Shown here in pieces: positions 1 through 11,541 of a stretch of 39,998 bases of DNA; the first letter of the stretch is position 1; each line of letters opens with the position of its first letter. The stretch lies in NCBI GenBank assembly GCA_000388065.2, contig KB932215.1; one strand, given 5' to 3'. Made by a program: the position numbers and the translations under genes. The DNA is from Fonticula alba ATCC 38817 (lineage: Eukaryota; Protista; Nucleariida). Under the pieces are notes generated by a model that searched no databases, was not told the DNA's origin, and saw only the letters and a list, made by a program, of their open reading frames with translations.

Positions 1-129
1 ACACACACACACACATGCGAAACGAGGGCGCCGGTCCCATCAACCACACTGCTCGCACCATTCTGATGCCGGACATCCTCCCCCGCGCTCCCCCTCTCCT
101 TCCCTCGCGCCCCTGCGGACCTCCGGCAG

Positions 130-1655
130 AGTCCCCATCCCCCGGCTGGAGACCGGCAATCCCAACATCATGCGACCGCTCCTGTACCAGAAGCTGCAAA
201 TGCTGAACCACTGCATGAAGCGCTTCCATGACCGCCAGCACCTGCTGGCGCAGTATCACCAGGAGACCGGGCCGGTGGGTGGCCCATCGTCGCCGGCCGC
301 GGGGCAGTCGCCGCCGATGCCGCGGCCGATGTCACCGGCGCCGCCGATGTCCGCCCCCCTGAGCCCGGGTCCCCATGGCGAGGGCACCCTGGCCATCCTG
401 CCGGCTGATGATGCGGTCCTCGACTCGTACGACGCCCGAGACTGGGATGACTGCTTTGCCGAGAGCCTGCCCCCTGGCGGCACGGTCGGTCCTCCCCTTG
501 CCGCCAGGGGGGCCAAGACCATGTCCCCCGGTCCGGGGCTCGGCCAGGCGTCGCCGGCGCCGGGTGGCGGCCCCCCGGCCGACCGGGCCTCCTGGCGGCC
601 CACCTCCGCCGAAATGGCCAACAAGCAGGCGGATCCCCCGGCGGCCGGGGCCGGGCGTCGGCCACATTCGGCCGGGGCCGGGCTCCCCCCGCAGCCGGGG
701 CTCCCCTGGCCGGCGCCGGCGTCCCCGGTGGCGGCTTTGATCGTGGCCCCGGCCATCCGGCCGACGGCGGTGTTTTCCTCCGAGGCCGAGGCCGAGGCCG
801 AGGTCGGTGCGCGGCCGCTTGGCCGCCACCGGGCCCACCCCTCGCTGCGCCTGCTCCTGCACCCGGACCGGCCGGTCTTCGTGCCCTTCACCCAGGAGGT
901 GGAGGCTCTGACCGAGGACCAGCTGGCCAGTCAGCAGATGGACTTCGAGCAGCTGGGGTCCTCGTCCGACGCCTCGGCCCAGCGTGCCCAGATGCAGTCG
1001 CGCTGGCTGCTGTCCGACATGCAGGCATTCAAGGCCGCCAATCCGGGCTGCCGGCTGGAGGACTTCATCCGGTGGCACTCGCCGGCCGACTGGGCCGCCA
1101 CCCCGGAGGGAGTCGGCCTGACGCCGGCCGAGGCGACGGGCACCGGGCCTTCGCCGACGCCGTCCTCGGCCTCCTCGCCGACTGTCGCCTCTCCCGCTCC
1201 TCCCCATGCGTCCGCCTCTCCTCCTCTTTCTCCTCCTGCCCCCCCTCCTCGCCAACCCGCCCGGTCCCCCGGGACCCGGCCATCACACGCCGAGCACCAT
1301 CCCGAGCCCGAGCCCGGGCCCGGGCCCGGCCCGGTGCCCAATGCCCTGGGCTACCTGTCCCGGCGCTTCCGCGGCCCGAACAACTTCTGGTGCCGGCTGT
1401 GGTCCGAGGCCCGGCCGGTGCCGGTGGCCGAGCAGGAGCCCCTCTTCGATGTGGACCACCATGCCGGCGTGGTCTTCGCCTATCTCGAGGGAATCAGCGA
1501 GATTGATCTTCTGTCCGAGTGCGTGCCCTGCCTCTCCGTGCTGCCTTTCCGTTGTTTGCCCGGGGGGGGGCAAGGCCCATGCCCTCCTCGCATGATGATC
1601 GCCATTCCCCTGCTCCGGGCGCTTGCGCATGCATTTGCTCACATGTTTCGTGCAT

Positions 1656-1701
<46 letters not shown>

Positions 1702-2149
1702 CCCAGACTCCTGCCCTATGTCTTCTTGTCGTGTGCACACTCCCTGCGCCTGGCCGCCCAGCGCATGGGCATCCCCTCGGTATCGAGTGCGGTGGACTCC
1801 CTCTCTTCGGCGCTGGCTGCCCTCTCCTGGCAACAATACGCCGAGTGCGTGCTCGCCCCGGCCGCGCCGCCTGCACACAGCAGGGCGGACCTCTCGCCGA
1901 AGCCACCTGTGCCATACTGCCGGCCCCCNNNNNNNNNNNNNNNNNNNNNNNNNNNNNNNNNNNNNNNNNNNNNNNNNNNNNNNNNNNNNNNNNNNNNNNN
2001 NNNNNNNNNNNNNNNNNNNNNNNNNNNNNNNNNNNNNNNNNNNNNNNNNNNNNNNNNNNNNNNNNNNNNNNNNNNNNNNNNNNNNNNNNNNNNNNNNNNN
2101 NNNNNNNNNNNNNNNNNNNNNNNNNNNNNNNNNNNNNNNTTGACTGACA

Positions 2150-2232
<83 letters not shown>

Positions 2233-2920
2233 CCCCCCCCCTTCCCCCCCCCCCCCCCCCTGGCGTTCTATATCTATGCATTTGTGCATACATGTGTGTC
2301 TGTGCACACGCTAACGGAGCTGCCCTCCTCCCGCGCGCGCGACAGATCGGCAACAATGCCCCGTTGACCGAGCAGCTCCTGGCCACGGCCATGCCGCCAC
2401 TTGCGGACCTGCCGGACTACCATGCACCAGCGCCACTGGTGGTCATGCGCCCGGTCGGGGGCGCGCCTCCCCGGCGCCCGACACCCGACGCCCTTGGCAC
2501 CTCCATCGACGGCACCCTCGAACGCCAGCGTGTCATGGAGTTCCTCCGACAGAACAGTGCGCCGCCCTTTCTTGGTTGGTTGGTTGGTTGGTTGGATGGA
2601 TGGGGGAGGGAGGGAGAAAGAGGCGAGCGGCTTTTGGTGCCCATGCGGAAACCGGCTCGCGTGCCCGCAAAATGCTCACGCACCAGTGCCTGCTGCCACG
2701 CCGGCTGACATCCCCACGCCCCCTGGCACAATCACACGCGAAAACAGGCCCACAAGGTCAGCTCGTCCCCAACAGCCGGCACTTCGTGCTGCATTGCTCG
2801 GCCCCATGGCCCAGCATCTCCAGCTCGCGGGTCACCCCGCACCGGCTGTACGTCGGCCTGGCCGGCGAGACCATGGTCCTGGCGGAGATCATCACCTCCG
2901 ACACCATTCACTTCCTGTAG
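130..2920 (+). CDS. RAB3GAP1: Rab3 GTPase-activating protein catalytic subunit (Rab3GAP1-like), 3' part; 5' exons lie outside the window
   Basis: Exons 130-1518, 1707-1844, [exon inferred inside N gap 1929-2139 because phase 2 must become phase 0], 2346-2556, 2748-2920 (TAG). Family motifs: LLYQKLQMLNHC, PFTQE..TED, MQS..LLSDMQAFKAANPGC.LEDFIRW.SP.DW, W..A.P.P...Q..LFD, and C-terminal F.L....P.P......P.RLY......LA....SDT. Confidence 0.9.
2152..2260. repeat. Poly-C tract in a Rab3GAP intron
   Basis: About 110 nt of nearly pure C next to an N gap; the length is unreliable. Confidence 0.8.
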
Positions 2921-3960
2921 CTGCGAGCACGCCCATGCATGCGCCACTCCCCCCCCNNNNNNNNNNNNNNNNNNNNNNNNNNNNNNNNNNNNNNNNNNNN
3001 NNNNNNNNNNNNNNNNNNNNNNNNNNNNNNNNNNNNNNNNNNNNNNNNNNNNNNNNNNNNNNNNNNNNNNNNNNNNNNNNNNNNNNNNNNNNNNNNNNNN
3101 NNNNNNNNNNNNNNNNNNNNNNNNNNNNNNNNNNNNNNNNNNNNNNNNNNNNNNNNNNNNNNNNNNNNNNNNNNNNNNNNNNNNNNNNNNNNNNNNNNNN
3201 NNNNNNNNNNNNNNNNNNNNNNNNNNNNNNNNNNNNNNNNNNNNNNNNNNNNNNNNNNNNNNNNNNNNNNNNNNNNNNNNNNNNNNNNNNNNNNNNNNNN
3301 NNNNNNNNNNNNNNNNNNNNNNNNNNNNNNNNNNNNNNNNNNNNNNNNNNNNNNNNNNNNNNNNNNNNNNNNNNNNNNNNNNNNNNNNNNNNNNNNNNNN
3401 NNNNNNNNNNNNNNNNNNNNNNNNNNNNNNNNNNNNNNNNNNNNNNNNNNNNNNNNNNNNNNNNNNNNNNNNNNNNNNNNNNNNNNNNNNNNNNNNNNNN
3501 NNNNNNNNNNNNNNNNNNNNNNNNNNNNNNNNNNNNNNNNNNNNNNNNNNNNNNNNNNNNNNNNNNNNNNNNNNNNNNNNNNNNNNNNNNNNNNNNNNNN
3601 NNNNNNNNNNNNNNNNNNNNNNNNNNCCCTGTGCGGAAGGGCCGAACGCCCTCCCGAGTACGGTCGATCCAAGATCGGGCCCCATCTCCACCCTCGTCCT
3701 TGCGCCGGTTCCTTGCTTGTGCCCCCCCCCCCCCCCGGCCATTGGCGTGGTCTTTTTCCGCGACCCCGGCGGACGATCGAGAGGCGATCCTCTCGTTCGG
3801 TGGCCATTCGACAGCCTCTTCCCTCCCTCGTTCTGTGTCTTCCTCCGCCGCTGCCCCTCCCCTCCCCTCCACCTGTCGTCCCCTGCTCGCGTCTCCCCTT
3901 GCCCCTGCCTCTTTCTTCCTGCCGTCCTTTCGGAACTGCCCCAGCCCCTTTGCTCCGACA

Positions 3961-6900
3961 ATGCTCTCCTCGGCCGGGATTTTCCCCCGGAGGCTCGTCG
4001 CAATGTCGGCCCGGCCGGCATGGCGAGTTGTCCCCTCGATACCGCACGGCCAGCCTGCGCTGGCGCGCGCCGCCCCCTATGCCACCTTGCCCTTTCCGGA
4101 GACCAGCCCGGCGGCCGGGCCGCCCGGGTCCTCGACCGGGGATGTCTATGATGTGATTGTCATTGGCGGTGGGCATGCCGGGACGGAGGCGGCTGCGGCG
4201 TCGGCGCGTGCCGGGGCCCGTACTCTCCTCCTGACGCAGCAGCTCAGCACCCTCGGTGAGATGTCCTGCAACCCGTCCTTCGGCGGTGTCGGCAAAGGGA
4301 CCCTCGTCCGGGAGGTGGATGCCATGGGCGGCGTGTGCGGCCTCGGTGTCGACGCGGCTGGCATTCAATTCCGCGTGCTCAATCGGTCCCGCGGCCCGGC
4401 TGTCTGGGTGCGCTGCCAATCCCCACTACGACGTCTTCCCCTGCCTCCTCTCTCTCTCTCTCTCTCTCTCTCCCCCCCCCCCCCTTCCCCGCTGTTCCCC
4501 TTCCAGCCGGCGGGCTGGTCTATACCACATACTCACCCTCTTCTCCGTCTGGTCCCCTGGGCTCCTTTCCTCCAGGGTCCCCGTGCCCAGGTTGACCGGA
4601 AGCTGTACAAGCGCTTTGTCCAGCCCTACCTGGCCCAGTACCCGGGGTTGGAGCTGCGCGAGGCCAGCGTCGAGGATCTGATCGTGTCGCAGCACACGGC
4701 CGAGACCGACGCCGCCCGGCGTGAGTACCACGCCCGGACGGGGGCCTCCTTCGAGCCCGGCTCGTTGGATGCCGCCAATGCCGAAGCCCGGCCGCCGATG
4801 TCCGTGACTGGTGTCGTCCTCGGTATGCCATGCGCCCCGCCTGCTCCCGCCCCTGTCTCCGTCTCTCCCGCAGCTCAAGTGGCCTGGTCCTCTGTCCTCC
4901 TCTTCGCCCTCCCCTTCCCTCCTCTCGCGATTCTAACACGTTCCCTGCCCGACCTGCTGTCCGGGACCAGGTGATGGCTCGGTGGTCCGGTCCAAGTCTG
5001 TGATCATCACCACGGGCACCTTCCTGCGTGCCAACATCTTCATCGGTGCGTGACGCCATGCGCGTGTGTGTGTGTGCGCGCACTCGCGTGTGTACATGCA
5101 TGTGCGCGCGCGCGTGTGTGTGTGTGTGTGTGTGTATATTTATATATCCAGCTACATGGCCCTCAGGGGCGAGCACGACAACTAACCTGGCACGCGGCCC
5201 CCTCCGGCGGCAGGCATGGAAACCTGGCCGGCCGGGCGCATGGGCTCCGCCCCGTCCATCGGCCTGGCCGAGACCATGCAGAGCCTTGGCTTCCGAGTGG
5301 ATCGTCTCCGTACTGGCACCCCGCCGCGCATCCGCAAGTCCTCCATCAACTTCGAGGGTTTGCTGGCCCAGCCTTCCGACGAGGTGATCATGCCGCTCTC
5401 CTACATGACTGACACTGTGCCGCAGAAGGTGCGTGCATGGTCCTGTTTGTGGGCCTTCTCTCTCTCTCTCTCTCTCTCTCTTTGTCGCTGCCTGTTCCTC
5501 ACCGCCATAACACCATGCACCTCTAACTCTCCCTCCCCCTCCCATTCTCCTATCGCCCCGTGCGGCGCACGCGCGCACACACACATACACACACACACAG
5601 GACAATCTTGTGTCATGCTTCCAGACCCGAACCAATGCCGCGACACAGGCCATCATCTTCCCGCGCATCCAGGACTCCCTGCACATCAAGGAGGAGGTCA
5701 CCGGGCCGCGGTACTGTCCCTCCTTCGAGGCCAAGCTCATTCGCTTCCCCGAGCGCCCGGGGCACATTGTCTGGCTCGAGCCGGAGGGTATGCCGTCCGC
5801 TGTCTGTTGCTCGTCACTTCTGCCTTCAGCATGTGTGCCTGCATGCGAGCGGGGGGGGGGGGGATCTCCCTGTCCCTCGCCTCCCCCCTTCTGCTGTTAC
5901 TAACACCCACCCTCTCCCCCTGCCCCTCTCCCCCTTGGTCCCTTCGAAAAAAGGCCTCGACTCTGATGTCGTCTATCCGAATGGGTACTCCCTGTCGGTG
6001 CCGGTCGACGCCCAGCTGGCCGGGCTCCGCACCATGCCCGGGCTCGAGAACGCCGAGATCATTCAGCCCGGCTACGGCGTGCAGTACGACTACATGGACC
6101 CGCGGGACTTGAAGCGCACCTTGGAATCCAAGCTCGTGGACAACCTCTTCCTGGCCGGGCAGATCAACGGCACCACCGGGTACGCGGTGCCCGTCCGGGC
6201 TCTTTCGTTTGCTCCCGGGGGCCCCCTATGTCATGTCGCGGTCTCATTGTCTGGGGGAAGCTGACCGGGCTCACTCACTAATGGGTTGCCTTGCGCCCCC
6301 GTTCTGTCTGTTCATTGTCTCTATCTCTCTCTTCCCCCCTCGTCCTGGCCAGTTACGAGGAGGCGGCCGCGCAGGGTCTCATTGCGGGTGTCAATGCAGC
6401 GCGCCTGTCACACGGCCTGTCGCCCTTCATCGTCGATCGGGCGGATGCTTTCATCGGAGTTCTCATTGACGACCTCACCACCAAGGGCACCAGCGAGCCC
6501 TACCGCATGTTCACAAGGTCCGCCCTATGTGTGACTGCACATACACACACACACACACACACGCACACGCACACGTACACGCACACACAAACACATGCAC
6601 ACTTCGTGACATGCTCTTTTCTCCCCTCCCCGCCCCCCATGTGGCTGACCCCCTCTCCATGCCTGCCGGCGCCACAGCCGCTCGGAGTTCCGGATCACCG
6701 TCCGCGCGGACAACGCCGACGAGCGTCTCACACCCAAGGCTTTCGAGGCGGGCATCGTCCCGCCCGAGCGTTGGGCCCGGTATCAGTCCTTCCATGCCGA
6801 TGTGGCGGAAATCATCCGACTCATGGAGGCCAAGGAGCTGAGCCCCCAGGAATGGGCCACTCACGGCATCACCGTGCGCATGGATGGCGCCCGGCGCAAG

Positions 6901-7627
6901 TGCGTTTCCTGCCGCATCCCGGCCTGTCCGGCCATCCACCTGCTTCGCTCCCCCTCCGCCGCCCCTCCGCCGCCCCTCCGTCCCTGACTGAAGCTCCTCC
7001 CGGCGAATCGTTCGGCCTCCCATGCACGACAGTGCCTTCAAGCTCCTGGAATATCCCACCGCGTCGATGGAGACGCTGATGGAGAGCGCCTTGCCGGAGC
7101 TGCGGAACTTCTCACACGCTGCCCTTGAGCGGGTTCTCGTGCGGGGCCGCTACAGCGGATACATCCAGCGTCAGGAGCTCGACGTGGAGATCTACCGGCG
7201 CGAGGAGTTCCTTCGCATCCCGGAGGACATCGATTACTCCAGGTTCGTGGCACACCTTCTTGTTTTTTTTTTTTGGCCTCCGGTGGGCCCGCGTGCTTTT
7301 CCCCTAACCCCCTGAATCTTCTGTGCATGTCCATCTGGGTTCTCTCTCCTCCTCTCCCCTCTGCTTCCCTCCCCTCTCATTCCCACTCTCACGCGCGCGA
7401 TCAACAGCATCGTCCTGTCAGCCGAGACGGTCGATTGCCTTCAGCGGCATCGGCCGGCGACCATCGCCGAAGCGGCCAAACTCCAGGGGGTGACCCCGGG
7501 GAATCTGCTCCAGCTGGTCAAGCACCTCCGCAGCGTCGAGCGCAAGCAAAAGGTTCAGGGGCGCAAGGATCGCGAAGAGGCCCGAGTCACTGCTGCTGAG
7601 GCCGAGGTGAGCGCCCTCGCCGGCTAG
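3961..7627 (+). CDS. MTO1: Mitochondrial tRNA U34 carboxymethylaminomethyl modification enzyme MTO1 (GidA/MnmG family), about 737 aa
   Basis: 10 exons: 3961-4407, 4576-4822, 4971-5045, 5214-5428, 5601-5787, 5954-6179, 6353-6517, 6678-6899, 7033-7242, 7408-7627; all phases close. Motifs: [107 protein letters not shown]. The Arg-rich N-terminus with few acidic residues resembles a mitochondrial presequence. Confidence 0.96.
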
Positions 7628-9543
7628 CCGGGCTCTGTCCCCCACGCTATGCGCCCTGCTCTGCGGGGGGCATTCTTCCACGCCCGATCGGCGGGCGGGG
7701 GGGGATGAGCATCAGGGGCGCCCGCGGGTGTTGAGCCCGCTCCCCGGCTCGCGGTGCCCAGATGCCACCGGAAGGCGCACACGCATCTCAGGCCCCAACG
7801 GTCGGAGTGTCATTTTGGATACCCGGGCGAGGCCGAGAAAAAAAAATAGAATTTCTCAAAAGTCGTCGTGGATCACTGAGCTTCCGCGCCTGTGAGGTGC
7901 GCGCGCGCGCGCGCGGCGGGGAGCAGCCCGCGGACTCCCCGCGGGCCAGCAGGCGGAAAAAGTAGGTCAGCCGCGCGGGCCAGGCGCAGGGGGGCCCAGG
8001 GTCTCCTGGTGGGGGCGGGGGGAGCGATCGAGGGCGCCCCGTGCGCCCCCCAAGGGGGGGGGGGGGGTCAGGTCCAGGTGCAGCGGCTCTCCCTTCCGGC
8101 CGGCCTGTTCGGCGGCGACAGGTCCGATCGGCCCCTGCCCCGGCCGCCCGGCAGGCGGAGGGCAGCCCCAGCCGGGCGCCTGAGCAGCGCTCGCCGACTT
8201 TTGGGGTCACCACCGTCATCCGGCGTGCTCTCGGTTGCCTTCGGACGCGGTTTGGTCCGGTGTGCGGCCCAGGCGGCCGCCGCGGCTGCCACGCCGTGTC
8301 ACTGCCGCCGGAGCCCGCCCTGATGCGTCCGGGCCCGGGACCCTGTGGTCCCGCCGCCTCCCCAGGGGCGGGTGTGAAAATGCTCCGGGGCAAAAAGTCC
8401 GCTCCGCGCGGTCCCCCCCCCCCCGCAGACTGCGGCAGGCTGCGACAGGGGGGGGGGCGGTGGGCGCCTCGATTGACCATTCCTGCCCCCGGGTCGAGGC
8501 CGGGGCTATTCTGGCCCGGGCGCGGGGCGCGGCGGGAGAATGCCCGCCGCGCTCTCACGACCGGTGTGAACGGGCCCCGTGGCCGGCGCGCGTTACATGA
8601 CGCCCACGGGCCAAGGGTCCTCCCATGCTAATGCGGATTTCACACGCGACGCCGGTGCCGCCGCTTGCGCAAGGGAGGGACACGACAGGCCGAGGCCCCG
8701 CCCCCCCCCCCTCTCGGTAAACAACGGTCCCCTGCAGTGGGGCCGCGTGGTGGGGCCGGCGGCCGCGCTCGCGCGGAGACGTCTCCGGCGCCTGCTCCCA
8801 GGTCCCAGCCCTCTCCGGTGCTTGGCCGCCTCGGGCCGGGGGCGGCGGGGAAGGAGGGCGGCAACGGTGTTTGTGGGTCCGGGCACAATACAGCCGGCCC
8901 CCGCCCGGAGTGTGACTTGAATTCACACCACGTCACAAGGGGCGACCCTAAAGTGTGCGTTTCTCTGCCCACCCCCATTGGCCCCAGGCCAGGGGGACGG
9001 GCGGGCGGGCCTGCCGGGCCGAGGGCACATGGCATGAAATAATAACAAACACCAACGAGTCGCGCCCCCAACCAGGGTTCCCCGAGTCCCCAGGTGTGGG
9101 GTGGCGGTGCTGCGCGCACCGGCCCGAGTATGCTTGCGCGCTCACGCCGCCCGGACCGGTGGGCCGATTGCTCCGGGGCCCGGCATTCTTTGTTTCGAGC
9201 ACGCATACGCGGGGGTGTGGCGGTTCCCGCCCCCCTCCGGGCGTGGGGATGGGCCGAAGTCTCCGGCAGGCTGCTTGTGGCCGACCCCAAACACCCCTTC
9301 CGAGGGGGGGGGGGGGGGGGTACGCGACCGGTGCCCGCGGGCGGATGTGCTGTGCGATGTCCCAGATGTGTGCGGCTTGATCCTGACCGGGTCCGCCGGC
9401 CGCGAGGGTCCGTGGACGGTTCAAAAAGTCCCCTCTTCGCGACTTCCTCCCCCCCAAGTCCCTTTCTCACTATTCTCTCTTTCCCCCCTCTCAGATCCCT
9501 TTTGCCAGGACGATAGAGTGAATCGCCGCACCACCACCACCGC

Positions 9544-9807
9544 GTGCGCGCCAGGGTACATCTCCGCTCGCTCCCGGCCCCCTTGCCCTCTACTTGTTAC
9601 TGTCCCCTCTCTTCTTGCCTTTTGCTTTCTCCAGTCCCGCCCCCCCTCCCCCTTCTTTCCCCTCCCCCACCCTCGCCCTCCCATGCTTCTTCTCCTTTGT
9701 GCCACGCTGGCCCTGCTCGGTCGTCCTCAGGCCCGGATGCCTCGTCCGGCCTCCGTCCCTCTGTTTTTTTTTCTGACCGTTGCCGCTGCTCGGCCACTGC
9801 CCTTTAG
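9544..9807 (+). other. Probable 5' UTR intron of the PQ-loop gene
   Basis: Candidate donor GTGCGC at 9544 (or GTACAT at 9556), pyrimidine-rich body, CTGAC at about 9773 and TAG acceptor at 9805-9807, 14 nt before the ATG at 9822. The donor position is uncertain. Confidence 0.5.
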
Positions 9808-9821
9808 AATCCCCACACACC

Positions 9822-10145
9822 ATGTCCGCACTCGCTGCAGACCTGCTCGTTTATACGCTGAATTCATTGGTCGCCTCGGCGTCCGGGAGTGATGTCGAGG
9901 AGAAGACGCCCATCCAGATTGCCAGTCAGGTCATCGGTGTGTGCCCGATTGTTTTCTCCCCTTGCCACGGGGTATCCTCTCCTGCTAACCCCCCCTCCCC
10001 CCTCCCACCCCAGGTTTGATGTCCATCCTGGCATGGCTCTTTGCCCAGCTCCCGTACGCTCTACCGCCCCCGGGCGCGCCGCTCGCCGCCTTCACCTCCG
10101 TCCCGCGCGCGCACCCATTGCCCTCGGTGGCTGCGGTTGACTGAT

Positions 10146-10183
<38 letters not shown>

Positions 10184-11541
10184 CCGCTGCCCCTCGTCAC
10201 ACAGTCAGCTGTATGCCNNNNNNNNNNCCCCCCCCCCCCCCCCCCCTGGCCGCTGCCCCTCGTCACACAGTCAGCTGTATGCCAACTACAAGAACAAGGA
10301 TACCACTGCCCTCTCAGTAGGCTTCCTCTTCCTCTGGCTGTTGGGAGACATCTCCAACCTCGTTGGGTGTATCCTCACGGATCAGCTCGTCACCCAAACC
10401 ATCACGGCCATCTACTTCTGTCTGGTGGACGCCTGCCTCTGGTCCCAATTCTTCTATTACCGCTGGTACAACTCTCGCCGCAACACCACGGCCCCTCAGC
10501 CGGTTCCGTCGATGACCGACCAGCTCGGTGACAATGATGACCTGTACGTCCCCCCCTCCCCCCCCCTCCCTGGCTCTCTATGTGCTGTCTCCCCCCTTCT
10601 TTCTTGCTCTCTCTCCCCCACTGCGTGTGTCCTTGTGCACATCGCGCGCTGGTTGCGCCACGCGAGGCTCCAAAGCCGAATGCGACATCTCCCTCAGGGT
10701 CATTGACAGCGTCGCAATCGTTCTCCCCCACCCCAAGGATCAGCAGCAGCAACTCCTCCTACCAGGAGAACACCACCTCGGCTGCCGGTTCCCCCGGCGC
10801 TGTCCCCTTCTATTCGGCCGCGCTCATGACCTCGGGTCTGCTTGGTGTCGGCGCCGTGGCCTCCATTGCCTCCTTGAGCGCCGGGGCTGGGCTCATCCCG
10901 GGCGGCGCGTCCGCCCCCACGTCCGAGGTTCTCGCGTCGGCTGGCCTGGCCGGTGTCTCGGAGTTCCTGACCGCCGCCGCCGAGACCGCCAGCGGCTCCA
11001 CCGACCCCACCTACATCATTGGCCTTGTGATTGCCTGGCTCTGTACCTCGCTCTATCTTGGCTCGCGCGTCCCGCAGATCTTCCACAACGTGCGTCCTGC
11101 GCCGCCTGCTCTCGATGGCGTTCCCCGTTCTCCGCGCGCGCGCGCGCGTGTACACACGCTCTCTCTTCACGCCTCTCTCTCTCTCTCTCTCTCCCTCCCT
11201 CCCTCTCTTCCTCCTCCATGGCCCCATCATCTCGAATCGGCTAACATTTCCCCAACCGGCCCCTCCCCTCCCCACACTTGACCCCCCAGTTCAAGCGCCA
11301 GAGTGTCGAGGGCCTTAGTCTCCAGCTGTTCATCTGCGCGGCTCTCGGTAACCTCTTCTACTCGGTCTCCATCTTCCTGTACTCGGTCGATCCGGACTAC
11401 CTGCTGGAGCGCCTGCCCTACCTGCTTGGCAGTGCCGGTGTGCTGGTCTTCGACTTCATCATCACCATCCAGTTCTGGTATTACAACCACTACCGTTCCC
11501 GGAGCAACTACACCTCCCTCAACCAGCCCGCCGCGGCCTAG
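9822..11541 (+). CDS. PQ-loop repeat lysosomal/vacuolar basic amino acid transporter (PQLC2/Ypq1-like), about 343 aa
   Basis: Exons 9822-9936, 10014-10053, 10271-10543, 10738-11089, 11290-11541; phases close. Two PQ motifs (AQLPQLYANYKNK..ALS..FL..W..GD..NL.G; SRVPQIFHNFKRQSVEGLS..LF....GN..Y) and hydrophobic helices. The exon 3 acceptor is duplicated across a 10-N gap. Confidence 0.9.

Noticed and set aside
2152-2260. Very long poly-C tracts as functional G-quadruplex or i-motif elements
   Set aside because: Homopolymer lengths next to gaps are unreliable and such runs are ubiquitous in this window.
4680-4800. About 40-aa insertion in the MTO1 FAD domain
   Set aside because: It falls in a surface loop that I recall being variable in eukaryotic MTO1, and all catalytic motifs are intact.
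7860-7885. GTGGATCACT resembling the 5.8S rRNA start
   Set aside because: The match is only about 10 nt and the following sequence does not continue as 5.8S.
8910-8928. TGTGA-N7-TCACA resembling a bacterial CRP site
   Set aside because: The spacer is 7 rather than 6 and the genome is eukaryotic; kept only as part of the T-box-like cluster.
10180-10287. Apparent duplicated acceptor or mini-exon (GGCCGCTGCCCCTCGTCACACAGTCAGCTGTATGCC twice)
   Set aside because: The copies flank a 10-N gap and both follow poly-C, which is typical of unmerged overlapping contig ends rather than a real duplication.
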